A stretch of 64,000 bases of DNA from Lachnospiraceae bacterium (GTDB taxonomy: Bacteria; Bacillota; Clostridia; Lachnospirales; Lachnospiraceae): NCBI GenBank assembly GCA_014804655.1, contig JAAUZK010000014.1, forward strand, positions 65,704 to 129,703. The letters run 5' to 3'. Below, piece after piece: positions 19,558 to 29,795 of this stretch; the first letter of the stretch is position 1; every line of letters starts with the position of its first letter. The notes beneath the pieces are model-generated. The model was not told where the DNA came from and ran no database searches. It saw only the letters and a program-made list of their open reading frames with translations. Both the position numbers and the translations under genes were made by a program.

Positions 19558-21306
19558 ATGAGCAAAAAGGCAAAACAGAAGGATGCATTGGGAATATTAG
19601 GAGAAAAAGAGAGAGCTGTGCAGGAAAGCGGGATGGAAAGTGCGTGGAGAGGTGTACAGGCGGATGCAGAGGACAGGAGTCAGACAATCGAGACACATAT
19701 GAAATACGAGGATGCAGGGATCGACGAGCGGATTCTGCGGGCAGTAAAGGAACTGGGATTTGATGAGATGACGCCGATTCAGGAAGCGGTGATTCCGCTT
19801 TTCATGACAGGGCGGGATATGATCGGACAGGCGCAGACGGGCACCGGTAAGACCGCGGCATTCGGAATACCGATTCTACAGAAGATCGATTCGGAAGACC
19901 GTAATCTGCAGGCTGTGATCCTGTGCCCCACACGGGAACTTGCCATGCAGGCGGCGGAGGAACTTCGTAAGTTTGCTAAGTATATGCACGGGATCAAAGT
20001 ACTGCCGGTATACGGCGGTCAGGATATCGTAAGGCAGATCAAGAACCTGAAATCCGGAGTACAGATCGTGGTGGGCACCCCGGGCAGAGTGATGGATCAC
20101 ATGCGCAGACACACATTGAAAATGGAGCATGTGCATACGGTAGTGCTGGACGAGGCGGATGAAATGCTTAATATGGGATTTCGGGAAGATATAGAGACGA
20201 TCCTGCAAGAGATGCCGGAGCACAGACAGACGGGACTTTTCTCCGCGACCATGCCGAAGCCGATACTGGATATTACCAGGACCTATCAGAAGGATGCGGC
20301 TTATATCAAGATGACACCCAAGGAGGTGACGATTCCGCTGATCAAGCAGGCGTACTATCAGGTGCGCAGGCAGGATAAAGAGGAAGTGCTGTGCCGGCTG
20401 ATCGATTATTATGATCCAAAGCGGGCGTTGATTTTCTGCAACACCAAGCGCATGGTGGACGAGCTGACTGAGCATTTGAAGGAACGCGGATATGAGGTGG
20501 AAGGGCTTCACGGAGATCTGTCTCAGAATCAGAGAGACACGGTAATGAATCTGTTCCGCAGCGGCAGAGCAGGTATCCTGATTGCTACCGATGTGGCGGC
20601 GAGAGGGATCGACGTCAGCGATGTGGAGGCTGTCTATAATTATGACGTGCCGGAGGATATTGAGTATTATGTACATCGGATCGGCAGAACGGGACGCGCC
20701 GGCAAGACAGGACGTTCCTTTACACTGGTAGTCGGTAGGGAAGCATATAAGATCCGGGATATCGAGCGGGTCTGCCATACGAAGATCAAGGAAAGAAAAA
20801 TTCCGAATGCGGCGGATATTATGCAGCGCAAGGCGGCCAAGATATTAAAGGAAGCCAACAGTGTGATCGAACAGCAGGATATCAGCCGAGCTATGGAATA
20901 TATTCTGGACGAGGTTGCACTGGGACAGCATAGTGAGCTGCAGATCGCGGCAGCGTTCATGCAGATGAAGCTGGGAGATGAGATAGAGGACATCAGGGAA
21001 GAAAAGTTCTTTTTTGACAGAAAAGAAGGCAGACGCGGCGCGGGCAGACAGAATGGCAGAGACGGACGCGGCGGTGCAGGCGGACAGAACAGCAGAAATG
21101 GCGGCGGTGGTATAGGTAGACAAAGCGGACGTGGAAGCAGGTCGGATCAAGGCGGCTGGGATAGTGCAAGAGACAGCCGGAATGAGCGAAGCGGAAGAGG
21201 TGACAGATCGGGAGTGGGCAGAGGCTCAGACAGACAACATGACAACAGAAGTAATGGCAGATATGCCGCACTGCGCATCAAAACTAAGAAGCAGGGCACA
21301 TCATAG
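19558..21306 (+). CDS. DEAD-box RNA helicase (DeaD/CshA-like) with RG-rich tail
   Basis: Q motif, AQTGTGKT, PTRELA, DEAD, SAT and HRIGRTGRAG; start codon uncertain. Confidence 0.95.
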   Translation: MSKKAKQKDALGILGEKERAVQESGMESAWRGVQADAEDRSQTIETHMKYEDAGIDERILRAVKELGFDEMTPIQEAVIPLFMTGRDMIGQAQTGTGKTAAFGIPILQKIDSEDRNLQAVILCPTRELAMQAAEELRKFAKYMHGIKVLPVYGGQDIVRQIKNLKSGVQIVVGTPGRVMDHMRRHTLKMEHVHTVVLDEADEMLNMGFREDIETILQEMPEHRQTGLFSATMPKPILDITRTYQKDAAYIKMTPKEVTIPLIKQAYYQVRRQDKEEVLCRLIDYYDPKRALIFCNTKRMVDELTEHLKERGYEVEGLHGDLSQNQRDTVMNLFRSGRAGILIATDVAARGIDVSDVEAVYNYDVPEDIEYYVHRIGRTGRAGKTGRSFTLVVGREAYKIRDIERVCHTKIKERKIPNAADIMQRKAAKILKEANSVIEQQDISRAMEYILDEVALGQHSELQIAAAFMQMKLGDEIEDIREEKFFFDRKEGRRGAGRQNGRDGRGGAGGQNSRNGGGGIGRQSGRGSRSDQGGWDSARDSRNERSGRGDRSGVGRGSDRQHDNRSNGRYAALRIKTKKQGTS

Positions 21307-21909
21307 CACCAGTTCCTGCCCGTGGTCTTTCAGCCATTTACGGGCGGTACGGTAATCGGGATATACGGATTCTACTTTTTGCCAGAAAGCGGCAGAGTGA
21401 TTCATATGGGTCAGATGGCACAGCTCATGGACGACCACATAATCCAGAATGGCGGGCGGCGCAAGCATGAGCCGCCAGTTAAAGGAGAGCGTGCCTCTGG
21501 CGCTGCAGCTTCCCCAGCGGGTCTTCTGATCCCTGATGGTGATGCGGTTGTAGGAGCCGCCGGTGAACTGGTGGAAATGAGCGACTCTTTTCGGAAAATA
21601 TTCTTTCGCCGCGGCGATATAGCGCTTTTCTAAAGCGAGCCGCTGGTTGTCGGTCAGCTCGGAGACGGGACGGTTACGTTGCCTTTCCTGAACTTCCAGA
21701 TACTTGGTGACGATCCAGATACGCTTCTCGATGAGCAGATGGGATATTTCTTTCTGTGTGGCCCGCATGGGAACGCGCACCGTGATCTGCCCATCGGGGG
21801 AAATACTGATGGAGAAGCTTCGGCGGCTGCTGCGGATGAGTGTGTATGGCAGCTCGTAAAGCTTACTCTGATATTGGATGCGTATTGTGCTGTCGGATTG
21901 ATTTATCAT
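21301..21909 (-). CDS. M48/YgjP (DUF45) family metal-dependent hydrolase
   Basis: QKTRWGSCS, LSFNWRL, YVVVHELCHL…NHS..FW; RBS ggaggt before ATG 21909. Confidence 0.9.
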   Translation of the reverse strand: MINQSDSTIRIQYQSKLYELPYTLIRSSRRSFSISISPDGQITVRVPMRATQKEISHLLIEKRIWIVTKYLEVQERQRNRPVSELTDNQRLALEKRYIAAAKEYFPKRVAHFHQFTGGSYNRITIRDQKTRWGSCSARGTLSFNWRLMLAPPAILDYVVVHELCHLTHMNHSAAFWQKVESVYPDYRTARKWLKDHGQELVL

Positions 21910-22119
21910 AGGTGACCTCCAGGGGCGGTGAATTACATGATGAACCGCATTGATTATATTATAACACAAGGGTACAATAGTAACATTATAAGGAACGCAA
22001 TACTGGACAAAATCCTATCTGATATGCTAGTATGGTGAATGTATGGGGCATTTAAAAACGTTGCGGCATGGACAGCCGGATGACGCGGAAGGTATCACAG
22101 TTATAGGAGTATAAGCAAG

Positions 22120-23955
22120 ATGGAGCATAATAACAGCAATTTGGCGGAGCGGCAGACGCAGTCCGGGATCTCGGTAGTGGAGAAAAAGAAGGCGAAGCCG
22201 GCAGCCGTAGAAAGGAAACCGGAACCGACGGAACAAAGGAAGGCGAAGCCGACAGCCGTAGAAAGGAAACCGGAACCGACGGAACAAAGGAAGGCGAAGC
22301 CGGTAACTGAAGAAAAGAAGCCGGGGACGACGGAACAAAGGAAGGCAAGGCCGGTAACTGACGAGAAGAAGTCTGGAATGACGGCGAAAAAGAAAGCAAA
22401 ACCGGTCACAGAGGAAAAAAGGACCGGGCAGGCAGAGAAAAAGAAAGTAAAGCCGGCAACCGTAGAAAAAAAGACCGGACAGGCAGAGAAAAAGAAGACA
22501 AAGCCGGCAACTGAAGAAAAGAAGCCGGGAACTGCGGAGAAAAAGAAAGTAAAGCCGATCTCTGAGGAAAAGAAGACAGGATCGACAGGGGATAAGAATG
22601 GCAGGGCGGAAAACAGGGAAGATTTTGAGATCCGCATGCAGAGGCGTGACGAATTGCGTGCCAGAAGACGCGAGGAACGCAGGAGGAAAGTCAGGAGACA
22701 GAAGATCGCAATGGCGGTATGTGCCGGATTGATTGTGGTTGGAGCCATTGCCATATCAGTACTCAGTCTGCCTTCGATGAAGCTGTCCCGCTGTCTTGCC
22801 AAAGGCGGCAGATATACGGAGCAGTCCGATTACACAAATGCGCAGAACGCCTATGAGAATGCGCTTAAGATCGATACGGCATCGGTAGAAGCATACCGCG
22901 GTATGGCGGATAATTACGTGGCACAGGGCAATATACAGGAAGCCAAACAGATATTATACACCGGCTGGGAGCAGACACAGGACGAGGGACTTCTTCATTA
23001 TTACTGTGTGGAACTGTACAATGAGGCGGTACATGAGATCAACGAGGGAAATTGTACACTTGCGACCGTAGATAAATGTATTCAGGTTCTGGAACAGGAG
23101 CCGGATAATGCGGATGCACCGGGACTGTTATCGACCTGCTATGAGCGTCTGTTCAGGACGGAGGAAGAGGAAGCTGTATGCAGCATGTTTTTTGATGCGG
23201 ATGCGGCGCAGGATACGTGCAGCTACGCAGAGTATGAGTCGCTTGTGCGCAGAATGCTTGCATTGTATCAGGCAAAACCTTCGGAGGCGATGAAGGCGGT
23301 TCTGACACAGTATGTGCTGATCGACATGCCCTATGTACAAATCAGTGTTCCTCATCTGGAAGCATACAGGATACTTCTTACGGAGGTAAACAGTGCGGTA
23401 AACGACGCGGGAATCACAGAGACGATGGCGTGTCTCGCCCGTGCAAAAGAGGTGAGTGATTATTTCGCGGAAGCTTTTCAGGAGTTTGAGGCAGGCAACT
23501 ATGCTTATGCAAGAGAACTGGTGGTGCAGGAATCTTATCAGCAGATCAGAGACAGTTTTATCGAAGGAAATTCCGGTTATTGGGAAGGTTCCGTCTATAT
23601 TCCGGTTAACAGGGAGCAGATGATGTTACACAGGGAAGAGGGCAAAGTCAGATTTTTCTTCCCTGACATGGATAAGTATGAGAACTACAAAGACATGATT
23701 AAGGTATGGGGTACGAAGCAGGAGGACGACGGCGTACAGAGAAGCGCGATTTCCTATGTGCCGGCAGCAGAAAACGGAGCAGATTCCCATACGGAATATA
23801 AAGTGCAGTATTTATATAGCAATGTGAAAATAGGCGGTCAGTATGTGCCGCAGATGAACTATCGGTTTGACACGGAAGTAACCACGGATGAGGGCACCAC
23901 AACCAACGCCATCGGCGACTGGGGTGGAGAGCATGAGTGGGAGATTGACTATTAA
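22120..23955 (+). CDS. Membrane-anchored TPR protein with N-terminal Lys/Glu/Pro tandem repeats
   Basis: 17-aa repeats, basic stretch, single TM, TPR-like (YENALKID…AYRGMADNY). Confidence 0.8.
   Translation: MEHNNSNLAERQTQSGISVVEKKKAKPAAVERKPEPTEQRKAKPTAVERKPEPTEQRKAKPVTEEKKPGTTEQRKARPVTDEKKSGMTAKKKAKPVTEEKRTGQAEKKKVKPATVEKKTGQAEKKKTKPATEEKKPGTAEKKKVKPISEEKKTGSTGDKNGRAENREDFEIRMQRRDELRARRREERRRKVRRQKIAMAVCAGLIVVGAIAISVLSLPSMKLSRCLAKGGRYTEQSDYTNAQNAYENALKIDTASVEAYRGMADNYVAQGNIQEAKQILYTGWEQTQDEGLLHYYCVELYNEAVHEINEGNCTLATVDKCIQVLEQEPDNADAPGLLSTCYERLFRTEEEEAVCSMFFDADAAQDTCSYAEYESLVRRMLALYQAKPSEAMKAVLTQYVLIDMPYVQISVPHLEAYRILLTEVNSAVNDAGITETMACLARAKEVSDYFAEAFQEFEAGNYAYARELVVQESYQQIRDSFIEGNSGYWEGSVYIPVNREQMMLHREEGKVRFFFPDMDKYENYKDMIKVWGTKQEDDGVQRSAISYVPAAENGADSHTEYKVQYLYSNVKIGGQYVPQMNYRFDTEVTTDEGTTTNAIGDWGGEHEWEIDY
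22189..22580 (+). repeat. 51-bp (17-aa) degenerate tandem repeat, about 8 units
   Basis: aaggcgaagccg…gaacaaagg units; the first two are nearly identical. Confidence 0.85.
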
Positions 23956-23969
23956 GGAGGAAAACAATT

Positions 23970-25511
23970 ATGACAAAAAAACCGGCAGTATTAATGATTC
24001 TTGACGGCTACGGCCTGAATGAGAAGACACAGGGCAACGCGGTGGCGGAAGCGAAGACACCCGTGATGGACAGGCTCATGGCGGAGTATCCTTTTGTGAA
24101 AGGTAATGCCAGCGGTATGGCGGTAGGTCTTCCCGACGGACAGATGGGTAACTCCGAGGTGGGACATCTGAATATGGGTGCGGGACGCATCGTATATCAG
24201 GAACTTACGAGAATCACCAAGGAGATTCAGGACGGCACCTTCTTCGAGAATCCTGCTCTTCTTGATGCTGTGAATAACTGTAAGAAAAACGATTCTTCGC
24301 TGCATATGTTCGGACTGTTGTCTGACGGCGGCGTGCACAGCCATAATACGCATCTCTACGGACTGTTGGAGCTGGCTAAGAGAAACAACTTAAGCAAAGT
24401 GTATGTACATGCTTTCTTAGACGGCCGTGACACACCTCCGGCCAGCGGCAAGGGCTTTGTGGAAGACTTAGAGCAGGAGATGAAGAAGATCGGCGTGGGT
24501 GAAGTGGCAACCGTGACAGGACGTTACTACGCTATGGACAGGGATAACAACTACGACAGAGTAGAGAAAGCATATATCGCGCTTACCAAGGGCGAAGGAC
24601 TTGAGGCGGCAAGTGCCACGGAAGGGATTCAGGCGTCCTATGACAGAGAAGAGACGGACGAGTTTGTGAAACCTACCGTGGTGAAGAAAAACGGTGAGCC
24701 GGTAGCTATGATCAAGGACGGTGATTCCGTTATCTTCTTTAACTTCCGTCCCGACAGAGCCAGAGAAATTACCAGAAGCTTCTGTGACGATGATTTCAAG
24801 GGTTTTGCAAGAGAGAAGAAACTGGATCTTACCTATGTATGTTTCTCGGATTATGATCCTACGATCCCGAATAAAGAAGTGGCATTCCACAAGATTGCAG
24901 TAACCAATACATTCGGCGAGTGGCTTGCGGCAAATCATATGAAACAGGCGAGACTGGCGGAGACGGAGAAATATGCACATGTAACATTCTTCTTCAACGG
25001 CGGTGTGGAAGAGCCCAACGAGGGTGAGGAGAGAATCCTTGTCAATTCTCCGAAGGACGTGGCGACTTATGACTTAAAGCCTCAGATGAGCGCTTACGAA
25101 GTTTGTGACAAGCTGGTGGGCTGCATTAAGTCCGGCGAGTACGACGTGATTATCATCAACTTTGCTAATCCCGATATGGTAGGACATACGGGAGTGGAAG
25201 AAGCGGCGATCAAGGCTGTGGAGGCAGTGGATGAGTGTGTCGGACGTGCGGTGGAAGCCATTAAGGAAGTAGATGGCGTGCTGTTTATCTGTGCTGACCA
25301 CGGTAATGCAGAGCAGCTCATAGATTACGAGACGGGTGCACCTTTCACGGCGCATACTACGAATCCGGTGCCGTTTATTCTGGTCAATGCTGATCCGGCT
25401 TATAAATTGAGAGAGGGCGGATGTCTGGCGGATATCGTGCCTACGCTCATTGAGCTTATGGGGATGGAGCAGCCGGAAGAGATGACAGGGAAGTCGTTGC
25501 TGGTGAAATAA
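23970..25511 (+). CDS. gpmI: 2,3-bisphosphoglycerate-independent phosphoglycerate mutase
   Basis: LMILDGYG, GQMGNSEVGH, GRYYAMDRD, AETEKYAHVTFF, ADHGNAE. Confidence 0.98.
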   Translation: MTKKPAVLMILDGYGLNEKTQGNAVAEAKTPVMDRLMAEYPFVKGNASGMAVGLPDGQMGNSEVGHLNMGAGRIVYQELTRITKEIQDGTFFENPALLDAVNNCKKNDSSLHMFGLLSDGGVHSHNTHLYGLLELAKRNNLSKVYVHAFLDGRDTPPASGKGFVEDLEQEMKKIGVGEVATVTGRYYAMDRDNNYDRVEKAYIALTKGEGLEAASATEGIQASYDREETDEFVKPTVVKKNGEPVAMIKDGDSVIFFNFRPDRAREITRSFCDDDFKGFAREKKLDLTYVCFSDYDPTIPNKEVAFHKIAVTNTFGEWLAANHMKQARLAETEKYAHVTFFFNGGVEEPNEGEERILVNSPKDVATYDLKPQMSAYEVCDKLVGCIKSGEYDVIIINFANPDMVGHTGVEEAAIKAVEAVDECVGRAVEAIKEVDGVLFICADHGNAEQLIDYETGAPFTAHTTNPVPFILVNADPAYKLREGGCLADIVPTLIELMGMEQPEEMTGKSLLVK

Positions 25512-25602
25512 GTTATGACAGGAAAATGTGCTTGAAATGATCTTGGAAAAGACAATGGCATAGAACCGTGAGGATTTCTGTATAAAATATTTAGAGTATA
25601 TT

Positions 25603-25648
25603 AAAAGAGGGCATGTGTGGATATTCCATGTATGTCCTTTTTTATTTT
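25603..25648 (+). terminator. Intrinsic terminator after gpmI
   Basis: aaaagagggcatgtgtgg…ccatgtatgtcctttttt. Confidence 0.7.
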
Positions 25649-25689
25649 AACGATCGTGCGCAGATAAGTGTATTTTTATAAGTGGGGAG

Positions 25690-25920
25690 GGCAGATTGCG
25701 CAAAATATTCTCGAAGCTGGCGGGCTACGTCATATGGATTTTCTAGAATATTCCGGTTGGGCTGTGGCTGCAGACGAAACCACCCGACATTCGCCATCCG
25801 GGCTCAAGTCGGGCTTTTCGGGACATCCGTGTCCCGAAATTTCTGGGCTTTGAGCGGAATATTAAGAAAATCTCATATTCCTCCGCATGCCAGCTTCGAG
25901 AATATTTTGTGCAATCTGCC
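25690..25920. repeat. Nested palindromic intergenic element, copy B
   Basis: 32-bp terminal inverted repeat (31/32 match); same middle stem and gggacatccgtgtccc hairpin as 3188-3413. Confidence 0.85.
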
Positions 25921-25995
25921 TTTCAAAAACTTATTAGTTCATTAGTCTATTGACTCATTGGTTCATTTGTGTATTAGTTCATAGCCAATACCCTA

Positions 25996-26131
25996 GCTCG
26001 GGCGGATGATAAATTCTTAAGGAGCCCCTTAAAACGCGCCGGCACTTAGTGAGGTATTTCACGAACTTAGTGCCGCTGCGCGTTTTACGGAGCGGGAGCG
26101 CGGCGACGAAGATTTTATCATCCGCCCGAGC
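25996..26131. repeat. Second, unrelated nested palindrome (136 bp)
   Basis: gctcgggcggatgataaattctt/aagattttatcatccgcccgagc outer stem; inner taaaacgcg/cgcgtttta and cggcact/agtgccg. Confidence 0.8.
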
Positions 26132-26189
26132 GGCCGTTGTTCACAACCATATCTTTAATTTCTAAATCCTCAAATCTGTATTCCCGTAC

Positions 26190-26249
26190 TTGACAACCCC
26201 GCACACTTTGACTATACTAAGTGTACCACCACTGATAGTACACTTAGTA
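26190..26249 (+). promoter_or_regulatory. SigA promoter and YtrA-type GntR operator
   Basis: TTGACA(26190)-N17-TATACT(26213); inverted repeat atactaagtgtac…gtacacttagtat. Confidence 0.85.
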
Positions 26250-26296
26250 TTCTCAGCGGGGAGGGTATAACGTAATTCACAGGGAAAGGAGCAGGC

Positions 26297-26650
26297 ATGA
26301 TATTCATAGATTATAAAGACACCCGCCCGATATATGAACAAATCGTAGAGCGCTATAAGACCCTGATCTTAAAGGGCGTTATGCAGCCTGACGAGCAGCT
26401 TCCGTCGGTACGCAATCTGGCGATGGAACTTTCCATTAATCCCAACACGATTCAGAAGGCGTATGCTGAACTGGAACGTCAGGGATTTATCTATGTGGTA
26501 AAAGGCAGGGGAAATTTTGTATCAGGGGACAGCGGTCTGGTGGAGAGACGCAGGAATGAATATGTGGATCAGATCATGACACTTGTGCGGGAAGTGCTGG
26601 AGATCGGTATGTCCAAAGCTGAACTCATCCGCCTGATCGAAGTGCTTTAG
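26297..26650 (+). CDS. GntR family (YtrA subfamily) regulator
   Basis: PIYEQI…LPSVRNLA…INPNTIQKAYAELE…G; short C-terminus. Confidence 0.95.
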   Translation: MIFIDYKDTRPIYEQIVERYKTLILKGVMQPDEQLPSVRNLAMELSINPNTIQKAYAELERQGFIYVVKGRGNFVSGDSGLVERRRNEYVDQIMTLVREVLEIGMSKAELIRLIEVL

Positions 26651-26668
26651 GCAGAAAGGGAGGAATTT

Positions 26669-27574
26669 ATGATAGAAATACATAACCTGACGAAGACATT
26701 TGACAAAATCAAGGCAGTTGACGAAGTCAGTGTAACGATAAAAGACAATACCGTGTTCGGCCTGATCGGAACGAACGGGGCCGGCAAGAGCACCGTGCTC
26801 AGAATGGTCTCCGGCGTGCTGTGGCCTGACAGCGGTACGGTGGCAGTGGATAACATGCCCGTATATAATAATGTGGAGGCGAAGAAGAAGCTCTTTTTTA
26901 TAGCAGATGAGCCTTATTTCTTCTCCAATTCCAATGCGCGGACGATGGAACGATACTTCAGCGGTATCTATGAGGAGTTTAATAAAGAGGAATTTTACAA
27001 ATATCTGGAGAACTTTAATTTGGATCAGAACCGGAAGATCAGTACTTTTTCCAAAGGAATGAAAAAGCAGCTGGCGCTTCTTCTGGGAATCTGCGCACAT
27101 ACGAAATATATTCTGTGCGATGAGACTTTCGACGGGCTCGATCCGGTGATGCGGCAGGGGATTAAATCTATTTTTGCCAAGGAGATGGAAGAGAGGGGGT
27201 TGACGCCCGTAATAGCTTCCCACAATCTGCGGGAGCTTGAGGATATCTGCGATCATGTAGGACTTTTGCATAAGGGCGGCGTGCTGCTTTCTAAAGATCT
27301 GGAGGACATGAAGTGCAACATCCAGAAGGTGCAGTGCGTGTTTGCCACGGTGGATGAGGAGTTAAAGGCGCTAAACGGCATGGAAGTGCTTAAGAAGGAA
27401 CAGAGAGGGTCTCTTCGCACTTATACCGTACGAAGCACGCGGGAAGAAGTGACGGCCAGATTTGCCACGGTAGATACTGTATTTTACGAAGTGCTTCCTC
27501 TTTCTTTAGAGGAGATCTTCATCAGTGAAACGGAGGTAGTGGGATATGACATCAAAAAAATCATTTTGGGCTAG
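26669..27574 (+). CDS. ABC transporter ATP-binding protein (YtrB-like)
   Basis: GTNGAGKS, FSKGMKK, LCDETFDGLD. Confidence 0.95.
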   Translation: MIEIHNLTKTFDKIKAVDEVSVTIKDNTVFGLIGTNGAGKSTVLRMVSGVLWPDSGTVAVDNMPVYNNVEAKKKLFFIADEPYFFSNSNARTMERYFSGIYEEFNKEEFYKYLENFNLDQNRKISTFSKGMKKQLALLLGICAHTKYILCDETFDGLDPVMRQGIKSIFAKEMEERGLTPVIASHNLRELEDICDHVGLLHKGGVLLSKDLEDMKCNIQKVQCVFATVDEELKALNGMEVLKKEQRGSLRTYTVRSTREEVTARFATVDTVFYEVLPLSLEEIFISETEVVGYDIKKIILG

Positions 27575-29702
27575 TTGCAAAGAGAACCATAAACGCCGGA
27601 TCTGGGTGTGGATCGTAGCTGTTTTGACGCAGTTAATGGCATATGTAGGGGGCCTGACGGTATATTTGAGCCGAATCAACAGTCGGAACAGTCAGGGATC
27701 TTACAAGACATATGAGATGTATAAGGAAGCGATGTATCAGGCGGCGCAAGATGCGTTGGGCTTTCAGGATAAGCTCATTTATATTCTGCTGTTTCTGGCA
27801 GTGATCATAGGTATGCAGGGATTTTCCTACCTCTACGACAGGAAAAAAGTTGATCTGTATCACAGTGTACCGGTAGACAGAAACAGGAGATTTGCGGTGG
27901 TCTATGTGAACGGTATTATGATATACATGACCTCAGCTCTGGTGAGCCTTTTGATCGGCACGGTGGCGGCAGCGACACAGGGAGCGGTAAACGGCTCTGT
28001 ACTGGCGATGATCGGATTCGGATTCATATGGCAGATGTTATTCTTTCTGGTGATGTACCATACGGCGATTCTGGCGGTGATGCTGACCGGCAATCAGTTT
28101 ATCGGTCTCGGTGTGGCGGGGACGCTGGTGTTGTATGAACTGCTTTTATACTATCTGTTAAATGCTATGATGGGCGTATCCTTCCGAACCGTATCGGGAT
28201 TCTATGTGGGACGTGGGCCGAAGCTCTCCGTAGTGGAAGATTACATAGATAATGCACGATACATCAAATACACGACGTACACGGGGGATTTGAAGGAAGT
28301 GGCACGGCTTGTATTGCCATACTACGGCAAATGGTTTATACTGGCTGTAGTGATTCTGGCGGCGGCATGGATATGTTATCGGAGACGTCCGTCGGAGGCG
28401 GCGGGTAAGGCGATGGCGTTCCCCGTAGTCGGACAGATATTGAAGGTAGTTACGGCAATTCCGATCGGTCTCGGAATTGGAATGTGGGTACATAATGCGG
28501 CGTACGGCAACACGTTGCTGACGGTGGCGAGTATGATCGGCTGCGGCGTGATCGTCAGTGCAGCCGTGGAAGTAATCTTTGACTTTGATATCAGGAGTCT
28601 GTTCAGGCATCCGGCAACCAGCGGTGCGGTTGTTGCGGGAATCGTTGTTGTTTTCCTGATCTTTAAGCTGGATCTGTTCGGGTATGATGCATATCTGCCG
28701 CAGGCGGACAAACTGGACAGTATTGCCCTCAATGTGGACTACTACGGGCAGTTCTGGGATAATGAGTTTAATTATGTTCAGGCGAATAAATATGCGGAGG
28801 AGCATATGTTTATCACGGATATGGAGCCTGTGCTGGCGCTTGCCGATAAATCGCGGGGTGAGATGCCGGAGGATATGAAGGACCCCAGAGTGTTCAATAT
28901 CTTGTATCGTTTAAAGTCCGGCAGAAAAGTGGACAGACGTTTCTGGGTGGATATTGCCAATCCTGCTAATGCCGAGAAACTGGATCGGATCGTAGGCTCG
29001 CAGGAATTTAAGAATGGAACCTATCAGATTCTGACGGATCAGGATTCCTATGATCAGGTCGTGAGTTTAAGTTACAGCAATGGAGCAGCTAAGGTGGCGC
29101 TGCCGACGGCGGATGCGCAGAAATTGAGAGAAGCCTATATCAAAGATATGGAGGAGTTTGATTTCTCGCTGGCGAGCACACAGTATGCCTGCGGGCAGAT
29201 AGCGTTCCAGTTCCCCAATTGGATGGAGGAACGGATTGACGTGTATGAGAGCTTTGAGCATACGATCGCGTATTTACAATCTCAGGCTGCCTACTATCCA
29301 CTGCAGTTAGATCCCGAGGATATCGAGAATATTACAATAACAAATTATCACAATGAATTAAGAGAACAGGCGGGAGGAGCCGAATGGAATTCAGCTTATG
29401 CCAGCAGCACTTGGGTATCGGATGGCAATTATTCCCATGAGGATCTTTCGGTTTCGCAGACCTTCTATGAACAGGAAGAATTTACCAGGATCGTACCGGT
29501 GATCTATCCTTCCTATTTGGGATACTCGACGTGGCATTCCGCCGACGAAATGGATCAGAATTACGATATATATATCACATTCAGAAAAGATACGACGTAT
29601 CCGTATGAGAGAGGCAGTTACGGCGTATATTATAAATTCTATACGGGACAGGTGCCGGAGTTTGTGGAGGAAGCCACAGCGTTAGATGCGCAGGACGAAT
29701 GA
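27546..29702 (+). CDS. ABC transporter permease with large C-terminal extracellular domain
   Basis: Multiple TMs; overlaps the ATPase gene; DLYHSVPV motif. Confidence 0.85.
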   Translation: MTSKKSFWASCKENHKRRIWVWIVAVLTQLMAYVGGLTVYLSRINSRNSQGSYKTYEMYKEAMYQAAQDALGFQDKLIYILLFLAVIIGMQGFSYLYDRKKVDLYHSVPVDRNRRFAVVYVNGIMIYMTSALVSLLIGTVAAATQGAVNGSVLAMIGFGFIWQMLFFLVMYHTAILAVMLTGNQFIGLGVAGTLVLYELLLYYLLNAMMGVSFRTVSGFYVGRGPKLSVVEDYIDNARYIKYTTYTGDLKEVARLVLPYYGKWFILAVVILAAAWICYRRRPSEAAGKAMAFPVVGQILKVVTAIPIGLGIGMWVHNAAYGNTLLTVASMIGCGVIVSAAVEVIFDFDIRSLFRHPATSGAVVAGIVVVFLIFKLDLFGYDAYLPQADKLDSIALNVDYYGQFWDNEFNYVQANKYAEEHMFITDMEPVLALADKSRGEMPEDMKDPRVFNILYRLKSGRKVDRRFWVDIANPANAEKLDRIVGSQEFKNGTYQILTDQDSYDQVVSLSYSNGAAKVALPTADAQKLREAYIKDMEEFDFSLASTQYACGQIAFQFPNWMEERIDVYESFEHTIAYLQSQAAYYPLQLDPEDIENITITNYHNELREQAGGAEWNSAYASSTWVSDGNYSHEDLSVSQTFYEQEEFTRIVPVIYPSYLGYSTWHSADEMDQNYDIYITFRKDTTYPYERGSYGVYYKFYTGQVPEFVEEATALDAQDE

Positions 29703-29795
29703 AAGTGATAATATCATAAGCAGAGTTTAGAAAAAGAAAAATCAGAGAATGTAATACCTGCGATGGAAAAGTAGGTCGCAGAGAAAGGCATATTC

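Noticed and set aside
21025-21260. Gly/Arg-rich repeats at the end of the DEAD-box helicase
   Set aside because: A low-complexity basic tail is normal for DeaD/CshA-type helicases.
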